IMG/VR virus record: IMGVR_UViG_3300029705_000054 | Coordinates: 1,687-65,686 of that record | Source: a virus | Taxonomy: Duplodnaviria > Heunggongvirae > Uroviricota > Caudoviricetes | Direction: 5' to 3' (one strand) | Length of the DNA: 64,000 bases | Shown here: piece by piece, positions 40,665 through 49,761 of the stretch | How the letters are laid out: each line of letters begins with the position of its first letter | Numbering within the stretch: the stretch's first letter is position 1 | Program-made: the position numbers and the translations under genes | The notes under the pieces: generated by a model | Told to the model about the DNA's origin: nothing | Databases searched by the model: none | What the model saw: only the letters and a program-made list of their open reading frames with translations

Positions 40665-42101
40665 ATGTATAAAGCATATATAACTACACTGAAAAATGTG
40701 CGTAAGCATCCTAATGCAGATAGACTGCTTCTTGGAGATTGCTTTGGTAATACCGTATGCGTATCCACTAGCTATTTTGAAGGTCAAGTGGGTATTTATC
40801 TACCCACTGATGGTCAGGTATCGGTAGAATTTGCTGAGCATAATAACCTACTCCGTAAGAAAGATGATGCAGGAAACCAGATTGGTGGATACATGGACCC
40901 AGATAAAAGAAATGTAACCGCAATTCGTCTGCGCAGTGAGAAGAGTGACGGTCTTTTCCTTCCTCTATCAGCGCTTGACTATTGCTTTGAGGATGGGGCG
41001 GCCGCCGCTCATCTTAAAGCTGGAGATATAATTGATGGTCTAGTTAACGGACACGAAATCTGCTGCAAGTATATACCTCGTACCAACATTCGCCGCGGTA
41101 CTGTAACTGAAGGCAATAGAACTCGTAAAAAGAAAGTTCCTACTGCACCTCTCTTCAAAGAGCATGCGGATACTGAGCAGTTGGCATATAATCTCGGCGC
41201 TTTTAAAGTAGGTGATGAAATTGAGATCACGCTTAAGATGCATGGAACTAGTCAAAGAACAGGATGTCTACCTACTCTTAAAGGATATAAGCGCAGCTTT
41301 TGGAAGAAGCTTACTCGCAAGGAAGGCACTCCTATTTATGATTGGGGTTATGTTTCTGGCACCCGCCGCGTAGTTCTTGAAAATTATGATGGCGGTTTTT
41401 ACGGAAGTAACGAGTTTCGTGAACAACACTCTAAAATATTCGAGGATAAGCTGAATAAAGGAGAAACGGTCTACTATGAAGTAGTAGGATTCACAACCAA
41501 TGGTGCTCCTATCATGGGTGATGCTTCTAACAAGAAGCTTAATGATAAGGAATTCATCAAGCAGTATGGCGAGATTACTCGTTTCTCCTATGGATGCGAG
41601 CCTTTTGGTTTTAAAGTTACTGAATATGATGAACCTAACGTCATGCCCACTATAGATTATAGCATCCCTCAGTCAGACATCTATGTTTACCGTATGACAA
41701 TGACTAACGAGGATGGTGAGATAGTCGAGTACACTCCTGACCTCATGCGTTACCGTTGCGAGCAGATGGGGGTTAAGACTGTGCCTGTATTTGGAAAAGT
41801 TATATTAAGCGCTGATCGCGCGCATTTTGTAGCACCCGATGGCTATGATCACGATTATCTTCTTAAAGAGGGAATGACTCTTGGTGACCTTGTAATGAAG
41901 ATTGCAGAAGAATTTTATGATGGCGCCGATCCTATTGGAAAGACCCATGTCCGTGAAGGAGTAGTTGTGCGTATAATCAATAGACCTAAGTTCGCCGCAT
42001 ACAAACACAAGAACTTTAGTTTCAAGTGTCTAGAAGGGCTGGTCAAAGCCGAGGCCGCCGCACCTGATATGGAAGAGGCTCAAGAGGTTACTGAAGAATA
42101 A
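40665..42101 (+). CDS. fusion of a tRNA-binding domain (Myf/EMAP-like) with an Rnl2-family ATP-dependent RNA ligase
   Basis: N-terminus VRKHPNADRLLLGDC..VCVSTSYFEGQVGIYLPTDG (tRNA-binding OB fold). Ligase motif I KMHGTSQR, motif IV EGVVVR, motif V AAYKHKNFSFK. Confidence 0.55.
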   Translation: MYKAYITTLKNVRKHPNADRLLLGDCFGNTVCVSTSYFEGQVGIYLPTDGQVSVEFAEHNNLLRKKDDAGNQIGGYMDPDKRNVTAIRLRSEKSDGLFLPLSALDYCFEDGAAAAHLKAGDIIDGLVNGHEICCKYIPRTNIRRGTVTEGNRTRKKKVPTAPLFKEHADTEQLAYNLGAFKVGDEIEITLKMHGTSQRTGCLPTLKGYKRSFWKKLTRKEGTPIYDWGYVSGTRRVVLENYDGGFYGSNEFREQHSKIFEDKLNKGETVYYEVVGFTTNGAPIMGDASNKKLNDKEFIKQYGEITRFSYGCEPFGFKVTEYDEPNVMPTIDYSIPQSDIYVYRMTMTNEDGEIVEYTPDLMRYRCEQMGVKTVPVFGKVILSADRAHFVAPDGYDHDYLLKEGMTLGDLVMKIAEEFYDGADPIGKTHVREGVVVRIINRPKFAAYKHKNFSFKCLEGLVKAEAAAPDMEEAQEVTEE

Positions 42102-42206
42102 AAAGGTCAAAATAAATTAAAATAATCTCCTTTATTTTCATATTTTTATAGATAAATAGCTTGCCGCTAACTACTATAAAATTTGAGAATAAAGGAGATT
42201 ATACAT

Positions 42207-42983
42207 ATGAGATTTGGTATTCGTGAAGTATGCGATATGCACTTAGAAAAACTTTCTGGTGTTGGTCCAGCGCAATTCGACATTGAGACAGCCAAAACTT
42301 CTACTCTTGAAGGTGCTTCTACTACCGTTTATGCACAAGGAGGAAAAGGAAACTCTCGTTTAATGGCTTGGGAAGGTGAAAAAACACTTACCTTTACCGT
42401 TGAAGATGCACTTATTACAATGGAAAGCTTTTATGCCTTAACTGGAGCAGATGTAAAAGATACTAATAATGGTATTAAATTTACATCTAAAACAACATCT
42501 TTTGCTGGATATTATAAAATTACTGCTGATACTTTATTTAGAGATGAATCTGGTAATGATCATCCAGCATATATTGTAATTCCAAGAGCAAAATTACAAT
42601 CTAACCTTAATTTAGCAATGGCTCCTTCAGGAGATCCTTCTGCTTTTACTTTCACTTTTGATGCGATGCCTGGTATTACAGAAGAAGATAAGGATGTATT
42701 ATTTACTCTTGAGATTTATGATAAAGAAGATGTCACAATGACAATTCCTACAGGAACAGCTATTTTCGTTCAAATTGAAGGAGTGCCTACAATAGAAACA
42801 ACAGAAACAACTTTAAGTATTGCTAATACTGGTGTTGTTACACTTGGCGCCGAAGAAATAACAATGGATGCTGCGATATGGAAAACGGGAACTATCATCA
42901 CTGATTTGTCTAAATTTGTACAATATGGTGAAGCAGGAACTTTCACTCTTAGCGCAGGTACAAATAAATTCTATATTATCTAA
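42207..42983 (+). CDS. hypothetical Thr/Gly-rich protein, possibly structural (tail-tube-like)
   Basis: Start refined to the ATG after RBS aaaggagattatacat. Composition and beta-rich pattern only. Confidence 0.3.
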   Translation: MRFGIREVCDMHLEKLSGVGPAQFDIETAKTSTLEGASTTVYAQGGKGNSRLMAWEGEKTLTFTVEDALITMESFYALTGADVKDTNNGIKFTSKTTSFAGYYKITADTLFRDESGNDHPAYIVIPRAKLQSNLNLAMAPSGDPSAFTFTFDAMPGITEEDKDVLFTLEIYDKEDVTMTIPTGTAIFVQIEGVPTIETTETTLSIANTGVVTLGAEEITMDAAIWKTGTIITDLSKFVQYGEAGTFTLSAGTNKFYII

Positions 42984-43084
42984 AAACAACAAAAGCCGCT
43001 TTTTAGCGGCTTTTTTGATTTTATTAAAAAAATATGTTATAATAAATTATAAAATAAGAAAGAAATGAAAAGAAGGGAATAAAA

Positions 43085-43417
43085 ATGATAGGTGCAATAG
43101 AAGCTAAAAGAATAGCAGATAGTTTTAATAGTCGCGAAAGAGAACGCGCAAAGCAGTTTGCAATAGATGAAATTAATCGTTTCATTAATCCGCGTATTAA
43201 AAAAGCAGCAAGTGAAGGAGAATACCATGTTTCCTATAAATGGACTAAAGAAGTCTTTTGGGAAAAAGAGTTTACATTCTCAGTATTTGAAGATGTATTA
43301 ATTGATCTTCTTACGGATTTTGGATATAGTGTTGAACTCCAAGAGATCAAAGGATCGGGAACAATAATCCCCGTAGAAATAAAAATATGGATTAGTTGGA
43401 AGGAGATAGAAGAATGA
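43085..43417 (+). CDS. hypothetical protein (110 aa)
   Basis: Class-B promoter and RBS agaagggaataaaaATG. Confidence 0.45.
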   Translation: MIGAIEAKRIADSFNSRERERAKQFAIDEINRFINPRIKKAASEGEYHVSYKWTKEVFWEKEFTFSVFEDVLIDLLTDFGYSVELQEIKGSGTIIPVEIKIWISWKEIEE

Positions 43418-43872
43418 GTAAATTAATTATGATGTGCGGAGTTCCAGGTTCTGGTAAAAGTACTTGGATAAAAAATAATTTTCCAGATATAATACCTGTA
43501 TCAAGAGATGCAATTCGTTTTGAATTGCTTGATAAAAGAGGCGGCGAGTATTTTGACTATGAAGATGAAGTTTTTGATAAGTTTATTTATCAAATTATTG
43601 GCAGTCTTATAGTAGATGAAATTGCAATAGCAGATGCGACTCATCTTAATAAAAAGGCGCGCGCTAAAGTTCTTAATAAAGTCGCTAAATTTGCAGATGA
43701 AATAGAAATAATAGTAATAGAGGTTCCTCTTGAAACTGCACTTATAAGAAACGAACTGCGCGAAGGGCGCGCACGAGTGCCGCGTGGAGTCATTCGTAGA
43801 ATGTTCTTTCAAATGGAGGCACCTACAAGAGATGAAGGTTTTACTAAAATTACTCGTATTAGAGAGTGGTGA
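43396..43872 (+). CDS. polynucleotide 5'-kinase (P-loop kinase domain, T4 Pnk-kinase-like)
   Basis: Walker A MMCGVPGSGKSTW and C-terminal RVPRGVIRRMFFQMEAP, like the T4 Pnk kinase domain. Confidence 0.55.
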   Translation: MEGDRRMSKLIMMCGVPGSGKSTWIKNNFPDIIPVSRDAIRFELLDKRGGEYFDYEDEVFDKFIYQIIGSLIVDEIAIADATHLNKKARAKVLNKVAKFADEIEIIVIEVPLETALIRNELREGRARVPRGVIRRMFFQMEAPTRDEGFTKITRIREW

Positions 43873-43876
43873 TTAA

Positions 43877-44089
43877 ATGCAATGTCCAATGAAAACTAAT
43901 CAATATGGTCATAGTACAGAGTGTGAAGCAAAGCGTTGCGCTTGGTGGGACTATGATAAACAGCAGTGTTGTATTAAGACGCATTGCGTTTCTTCTAAAA
44001 GTAATACTGATATTCTACAAGCGATAGGAATATTAAATAATTATAATTTTGCAGTAAATGAACTAAATAAAATGATAGAAAGGATGTAA
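43877..44089 (+). CDS. Cys-rich small protein (70 aa)
   Basis: 8 Cys residues, CPM..CEAKRC..CC..HC. Confidence 0.4.
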   Translation: MQCPMKTNQYGHSTECEAKRCAWWDYDKQQCCIKTHCVSSKSNTDILQAIGILNNYNFAVNELNKMIERM

Positions 44090-44094
44090 AAAAT

Positions 44095-44643
44095 ATGGGT
44101 AAAATATATGTAACTAGCGATTTGCATCTATCCCATATTCAACCATTTGTATGGGAAGCACGAGGATTCACTTCTCCAGACCATATGAACGAAGAAATTA
44201 TTAAAAGATGGAATGAATTGGTTGATCATGAAGATGATGTCTGGATTCTTGGCGATTTAATGATGAATGATAATGAAAAAGGGGCGGCCGCTCTTAAACA
44301 ACTCAAAGGACATATTCATGTGGTTTGTGGCAACCATTGCACGGATACTCGAATTGCTATATATAAAGAACTTGGATACGATGTTCATTTTGCATATAGG
44401 TTAAAATACAAAAAGAAAAGTTTTTATCTTAGCCATTATCCTACCCTTACAGGCAACGGAAAAGACAAATGTTGGTTAGCTACATGGAATTTACATGGAC
44501 ACACTCACTCTACTTCAAAGTGGTGTGAACACTCTTTTTGCTACAACGTAAATATGGATGCGCATGATTGTAGACCCGTACTACTTGATACAGTTATTGA
44601 AGAGATTACTGAGCATTGGAAGGAGATTCAAAAGAATGATTAA
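44095..44643 (+). CDS. calcineurin-like metallophosphoesterase (candidate RNA-end phosphatase)
   Basis: Motifs DLHLSH, GDLMMND, GNHC, HGHTH. Confidence 0.55.
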   Translation: MGKIYVTSDLHLSHIQPFVWEARGFTSPDHMNEEIIKRWNELVDHEDDVWILGDLMMNDNEKGAAALKQLKGHIHVVCGNHCTDTRIAIYKELGYDVHFAYRLKYKKKSFYLSHYPTLTGNGKDKCWLATWNLHGHTHSTSKWCEHSFCYNVNMDAHDCRPVLLDTVIEEITEHWKEIQKND

Positions 44644-44733
44644 TATTATATTTCCTATTTACCATTGGTTTATGGAAAACCGTTTTGAAATTGAAAAAAT
44701 ATTTTATGCTATAAAGGAGAAAATAGAGCTACG

Positions 44734-45177
44734 ATGAAGCAACATACATTAATTGAAAATATAAAACCAGATTCTCATAGCTATCTGGTAACAATAGGTA
44801 CAGATTTAGGAGAGTTTACTGGCGCCACAGTTTGCCGTGAGGAGGACTGGGCGCATGAAAGTGATATATTCGGTTGGACTCTTGCAGAAACAAAAGCTGA
44901 AATTGAATATGCAAAAGCAAAAAAAGCTTTTTATTCTGCGCAACTTAAGGCGCTAACTGAATTCTGGCGTAATATGATCACTACTCGCACCTATAATGTA
45001 GATGATTTTTGGGTAAAAAAGATGCGAATTAAAGTAGACGAAGTCAAAGCACGATATGATGAATGGTCTGCGCGCATTCAATACCTTAAACGCTCTTATC
45101 ATAATACCATTATTACTCGTGACCTTGGTTTCAAAAATGCTACTCTTCAAAGAGCGCTTAAGGACAAAACTAATTAA
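44734..45177 (+). CDS. hypothetical protein (147 aa)
   Basis: ORF with RBS aaaggagaaaatagagctacgATG. Confidence 0.45.
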   Translation: MKQHTLIENIKPDSHSYLVTIGTDLGEFTGATVCREEDWAHESDIFGWTLAETKAEIEYAKAKKAFYSAQLKALTEFWRNMITTRTYNVDDFWVKKMRIKVDEVKARYDEWSARIQYLKRSYHNTIITRDLGFKNATLQRALKDKTN

Positions 45178-45223
45178 TATATCTATTGCATTTTTCATAA
45201 TTATATGAAAGGATGTGATACCG

Positions 45224-45508
45224 ATGCAAACAGTATTTTATATTATTGCTGCGGTACTCGCTGTAGCATTTCTTGTAATAATGTTCATCTTTAAACGTAA
45301 TACATTAAAGAAATGGCTGCTTGAAGCTGTTACTGCCGCAGAAACAGAAATCGGCGTAGGGCATGGACAAGACAAACTAAGGTTAGTTCATGATAGACTA
45401 GTTCAAAAGTTCCCACTAGTAGGAAAAGTATTACCATTTAAACTCTTTTCAAAAATGGTAGATTCAGCACTTGAAATAATGAGAGAAAAGTTAAAGAAGG
45501 GAGAGTAA
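45224..45508 (+). CDS. small membrane protein
   Basis: TM segment VFYIIAAVLAVAFLVIMFIF. Start refined to the ATG after RBS gaaagga. Confidence 0.4.
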   Translation: MQTVFYIIAAVLAVAFLVIMFIFKRNTLKKWLLEAVTAAETEIGVGHGQDKLRLVHDRLVQKFPLVGKVLPFKLFSKMVDSALEIMREKLKKGE

Positions 45509-45588
45509 TCTTCCTTCTTTGATTTTTTATTAAAAATATATTATAATTATTATAAGAAATAAAAAATAAAAAAAGGAAGAATTGATAT

Positions 45589-45897
45589 ATGATTGATTAT
45601 TATACGGGCACTCCAATAGAACAAGGCATGCCTAAATACTATGAGGCGCCAAACCTTGCCTCTATGCAACTTAATACTCTTACCCTTGAGCGGAATGCAG
45701 TACTGGTTGCGCGCATCTCTCGAAATTCGGGCTATGATTTTGAAAAACTTAATACATTAAAACGCACTCTTCAAGATTGCTTTCCTAATCATAATGTTTT
45801 TATTTGGTATGATGATATTGATTTTACAGTGATTAATGATAATGGATATAAATCAGAAAGGATTGCAACTATAAATGACTCCCAAAATTACTATTAA
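45589..45897 (+). CDS. hypothetical protein (102 aa)
   Basis: Class-B-like promoter and RBS aaaggaagaattgatatATG. Confidence 0.45.
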   Translation: MIDYYTGTPIEQGMPKYYEAPNLASMQLNTLTLERNAVLVARISRNSGYDFEKLNTLKRTLQDCFPNHNVFIWYDDIDFTVINDNGYKSERIATINDSQNYY

Positions 45898-45996
45898 GAA
45901 TACTTGTCGTCACTTCGGTAAAATACTCAAACATAAATATTGGGTATTTTATTATTGTTGTAAAGCAGGTTCCCTTGGCGCGGAATTAAACACGAT

Positions 45997-46458
45997 ATGT
46001 CTAAATTCTCACCGACTGAATTCTGGGAGTCGGTGAGATACTATCAAGGTAATCGCTCTCCCATTGACGCTTGCAAAGAAGATAAAGGTGTCTCTAAAGC
46101 GTGGATGCACCACAAAGGTAGAAACACTCACCATTACGAATATTGGCAGGACAATTTTGACAATGGTGGGCACCCTGTACAGATGCCTTATAAAGATGCA
46201 GTAGAGATGCTCTGTGATTATCTAGGCGCCGGGCGCGCATATATGGGAAAGAGTTTCAGTTACCAAAAAGAATATGAATGGTGGCTGAATAAGAGTTCTA
46301 AACCTATTGCTATGCACGAACACACCCGCACATTTATTCATCGTGTTTTATGTGATTTGCCACATCATCATGACTGTTTAAATAAAAAAGAATTAGGCTT
46401 AAGATATGCTTGTTTAAGCACTGTATTAAAAATTAGAAAGGAGAGCGAACTTGGCTAA
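45997..46458 (+). CDS. hypothetical His-rich protein (153 aa)
   Basis: ORF only. No recognisable domain. Confidence 0.4.
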   Translation: MSKFSPTEFWESVRYYQGNRSPIDACKEDKGVSKAWMHHKGRNTHHYEYWQDNFDNGGHPVQMPYKDAVEMLCDYLGAGRAYMGKSFSYQKEYEWWLNKSSKPIAMHEHTRTFIHRVLCDLPHHHDCLNKKELGLRYACLSTVLKIRKESELG

Positions 46459-46972
46459 ATATCATATATACACAGACGGAAGTGCAAGATTTAATCCGGG
46501 CCCAGGTGGCTGGGGAATGATCGTGATGAATGAAAATGAAACTGAGATTATTTTCACTGAGCACGACACTGAAGATCATACAACCAATAACCGTATGGAG
46601 TTAAAGGCAATGATTTGCGCCCTTGGATATGTAGAGTCTCATCCAAATGACCAGTTTATTATTTATTCTGATAGCGCTTATGTTGTCAATAGTTGCAACT
46701 CTTGGATGCGGACATGGGCGGCTAATGGATGGCGTAACTCAAAAAAGCAAGAAGTAGAAAATATCGATTTGATGAAAGCAATATGGAGTTACATTTCGCG
46801 CCCATTTTTCAACGCAGAAGTTCACAAATGCGACGGGCACTCAGGTGATATAGGTAATGAATTAGCAGATGCCTTAGCTACTGGCAATCATAAGAAATAT
46901 AAAGAGCTTATTGAATATTGGTTTAAACCAGATGACGATCCACTTAGACAATCAATTGATTTCTTTATTTGA
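46451..46972 (+). CDS. rnhA: ribonuclease H (RNase HI family), TTG start
   Basis: YTDGSARFNPGPGGWG..NNRMELKA..YSDSAYVV...GHSGDIGNELADALA (DEDD catalytic residues). Confidence 0.65.
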   Translation: MAKYHIYTDGSARFNPGPGGWGMIVMNENETEIIFTEHDTEDHTTNNRMELKAMICALGYVESHPNDQFIIYSDSAYVVNSCNSWMRTWAANGWRNSKKQEVENIDLMKAIWSYISRPFFNAEVHKCDGHSGDIGNELADALATGNHKKYKELIEYWFKPDDDPLRQSIDFFI

Positions 46973-46997
46973 CAAAACTAAAAAATTTGTATATAAT
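46969..46997 (+). promoter_or_regulatory. sigma-70-type promoter (TTGACA, 17-bp spacer, TATAAT) that drives the suppressor tRNA
   Basis: ttgacaaaactaaaaaatttgtatataat, then a ~110-nt structured leader and the tRNA. Confidence 0.6.
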
Positions 46998-47107
46998 ATA
47001 AATGTAATGAGTTAAGAAATGAAAAAAGTGGTGTGTGAAAGGTGCCGCCTGACAACTTAAATTTCGACAGGTAAAATATTAATAAACAGCCACCTCATTA
47101 CTTATAC

Positions 47108-47182
47108 TGGGGAGTCGTCGAAAGGTCAAGACCGTGGTCTCTAAAACCACAGACGTAGGTTCGATTCCTACCTCCCCTGCCA
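47108..47182 (+). tRNA. amber suppressor tRNA with anticodon CTA and a tRNA-Gln-like architecture (U1, G73, 3-bp D-stem with large D-loop)
   Basis: tggggag tc gtc gaaaggtcaa gac c gtggt ctctaaa accac agac gtagg ttcgatt cctac ctcccct g cca. Closely parallels the tRNA-Gln(TTG) at 25925. A strong hairpin terminator follows (47190..47218). Confidence 0.7.
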
Positions 47183-47242
47183 GATAGAGAAGCTCCTTTG
47201 AGAGAATCAAAGGAGCTTTACCATTATTAACAAGGAGTAAGT

Positions 47243-47725
47243 ATGAATAAACAAAAATTAGATGCCTATTTACGTAAAGAATTTCGTCGTATAGGCAAAA
47301 GCATGAAGCGCGAAAAAGCAAGATGCGTGCGCCTTTATCCGGACTGGCGCGACGATGAATTTAATATGTTAGATAATAAATTTATATGGGGATATAATAC
47401 AAACCCTATAATTACACCTTCGTTCTGCTCTTGGGATGATGCATATATTTATTATAATCGAGCTGATAAAAAATACTATATGACAATAGATACAGGTTTT
47501 TATGACACCCCTTATACTGAAGAAGCTGTTCGGATTGAAGGCGAACGTCTCGACCGAATCGAAAATGCTTTTAGAAATTTTTTGACTGAAAATGGGTATT
47601 CCACTTGTGCGCCCGTTTTCCCTCTTAAGGATCCAGCGCTGGAAGCATATTCGTTATCTGAATTATATGTTAAATTCAAAATAATGGTTGAAGGATATAG
47701 AATGTTCCGCTTAAATATAATATAA
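47243..47725 (+). CDS. hypothetical protein (160 aa)
   Basis: ORF with RBS aacaaggagtaagtATG. Confidence 0.5.
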   Translation: MNKQKLDAYLRKEFRRIGKSMKREKARCVRLYPDWRDDEFNMLDNKFIWGYNTNPIITPSFCSWDDAYIYYNRADKKYYMTIDTGFYDTPYTEEAVRIEGERLDRIENAFRNFLTENGYSTCAPVFPLKDPALEAYSLSELYVKFKIMVEGYRMFRLNII

Positions 47726-47835
47726 AATAAGCCATAGAGTTAATCTATGGCTTTTTGAATTGAAAAAATATAAAAAATATGTTATAATATATTATAAGTA
47801 AATAAAAATGAATAAAATAAAATAAAGGAGAAAAT

Positions 47836-49746
47836 ATGGCAGATAGTAAATTATATACTAAGGACTCAATCGAATCTTTATCGCCGCTAGAATTTACTCG
47901 TCTTAGGCCAGGGGTATATGCAGGAGACACGACCTATGCAACTCAGCTCTTGGTTGAGATAATTTCTAACTCGGTTGATGAATTTAGATTGGGTCATGGT
48001 AATCAAATCGATGTAGAGCTTCGAGATGCTAAGGTTAGAGTTAGAGACTATGGTCAGGGCTTCTTGGTAAATGAAAAGCGCGATGATGGTAAAACTATCC
48101 TAGAGGCAGCTTTCTCAGTTCTGAATACCTCCGGAAAGTATCGAGAGGATGGAACTTATGAAGGAACATCATTAGGTAGCTTCGGTATTGGCTCAAAGAT
48201 TACTACATTCCTTTCTCATTGGTTGCGCGTTGTAACTATTCGAGATAAGAAAATGGAAAGCGTCAATTTTAGAGAAGGTGTATTCGATCAGCGAGTAACG
48301 GGCATTGAAAATAAAGAACCTACAGGTACTATTGTAGAGTACGAACCAAGCGAAGAGTTCTTTACTCATCCAGAAGTAGAAGTGTCTAAAATTCATTCTT
48401 TATTTGAAACAATCACTTGTCTTTGCCCTGGGTTAACGATTAATCTTGATGATAATGGAAAGAAAACTGTTTATCATTCAACTCGTGGATTAAATGATTT
48501 AGCAGATAAAGCAGTAAAAGATAAAGAAATAATCAATAACAGATTTTCTATGAATTTTAGTGAAGGAAAAGAGAAAATGGACTTTATCCTCACTTATACC
48601 AGCAATTATTCCTCTACTCTGGTTCCATATGTGAATACTGGACTTACAGAGAAAGGACCTCATATCACACAGATTAAGACAGTACTCACAAGAGAATTTA
48701 ATAAGTTCTTCAAGGAGAAAAAGTGGTTGAAATCTACTGACGAGAATCTGTCTGGTGATGATATCCAAGAGGGAATGTATATTGTATTTAATATTACTGC
48801 ACCCAATGTATCTTATGATGCACAGGTTAAGAGTAATATTACTAAAATTGGTATGACAACCTTTACTCAGGCACTCGCAGAGAATTTAAGTATTTGGTTG
48901 AATAATAATGAAAAGGAAATCAAAGTAATTGCAGATAAAGCAATTAATGCAAGAAAGGCAAGAGAAGCTGCTAAAAAGGCGCGAGACGCGGCTCGTGGCG
49001 ACAAAAAAGAAAAGAAAAATAAACTTCTTAACCTTCCAACAAAACTCGTTGACGCAAATAGCAAAAACAGGCTTGAATGTGAGCTGTATATCTGTGAAGG
49101 CGATAGTGCCGCAGGTGGATTGATTAAGGTTCGAGATTCTGAAACACAAGGCATTTTTCCAATCCGTGGAAAATTAATCAATCTTTACAAGAATTCTCCA
49201 GAGAAAGTTCTTGCTAATGCAGAAGTAAATAATCTAAAGAAAGCTCTTGGTCTTGATATTGATCCTCGAACAGGTAAATTGATTTATGATACTTCAAAGC
49301 TTCGTTATGGAAAAATTCTTACAGCTTGTGATGCAGATCCTGATGGCATGGCTATAAAAAATCTTATATTAACTTGCCTATGGACTATTTGTCCAGAGCT
49401 TATTTTAAATGGTCACGTTTATGTAACAGTTCCGCCTCTTTATAGAATCACTAAGGGAAAAGATAAATATATCTACCTTAAAGATAATGAGGAGCTAGAG
49501 AAATATAAAAATGAACATCGAAACGAGAAGTTCGTTATCAACAGAAACAAGGGACTTGGAGAACAGGATAGCGAAGAATTAGAGCCCTGCTTACTAAATC
49601 CTGAGACTCGCAATATCAATCAGATTATAGTTCCCGATAAAAAGCAGGCAGATATTATGTTTGAAACATTAATGGGGACTGCTGTTCCTCCAAGGCGCGC
49701 ATGGCTATTGGCGCACAGCGAAGAAGCAAGCGATGGATTGTGGTAA
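47836..49746 (+). CDS. type II DNA topoisomerase ATPase/Toprim subunit (GyrB/T4 gp39-like)
   Basis: GHKL ATPase region EIISNSVDE..GxG and Toprim ELYICEGDSAAG..PIRGKLINL. Confidence 0.7.
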   Translation: MADSKLYTKDSIESLSPLEFTRLRPGVYAGDTTYATQLLVEIISNSVDEFRLGHGNQIDVELRDAKVRVRDYGQGFLVNEKRDDGKTILEAAFSVLNTSGKYREDGTYEGTSLGSFGIGSKITTFLSHWLRVVTIRDKKMESVNFREGVFDQRVTGIENKEPTGTIVEYEPSEEFFTHPEVEVSKIHSLFETITCLCPGLTINLDDNGKKTVYHSTRGLNDLADKAVKDKEIINNRFSMNFSEGKEKMDFILTYTSNYSSTLVPYVNTGLTEKGPHITQIKTVLTREFNKFFKEKKWLKSTDENLSGDDIQEGMYIVFNITAPNVSYDAQVKSNITKIGMTTFTQALAENLSIWLNNNEKEIKVIADKAINARKAREAAKKARDAARGDKKEKKNKLLNLPTKLVDANSKNRLECELYICEGDSAAGGLIKVRDSETQGIFPIRGKLINLYKNSPEKVLANAEVNNLKKALGLDIDPRTGKLIYDTSKLRYGKILTACDADPDGMAIKNLILTCLWTICPELILNGHVYVTVPPLYRITKGKDKYIYLKDNEELEKYKNEHRNEKFVINRNKGLGEQDSEELEPCLLNPETRNINQIIVPDKKQADIMFETLMGTAVPPRRAWLLAHSEEASDGLW

Positions 49747-49761
49747 TAAGGAGAATAAAAA

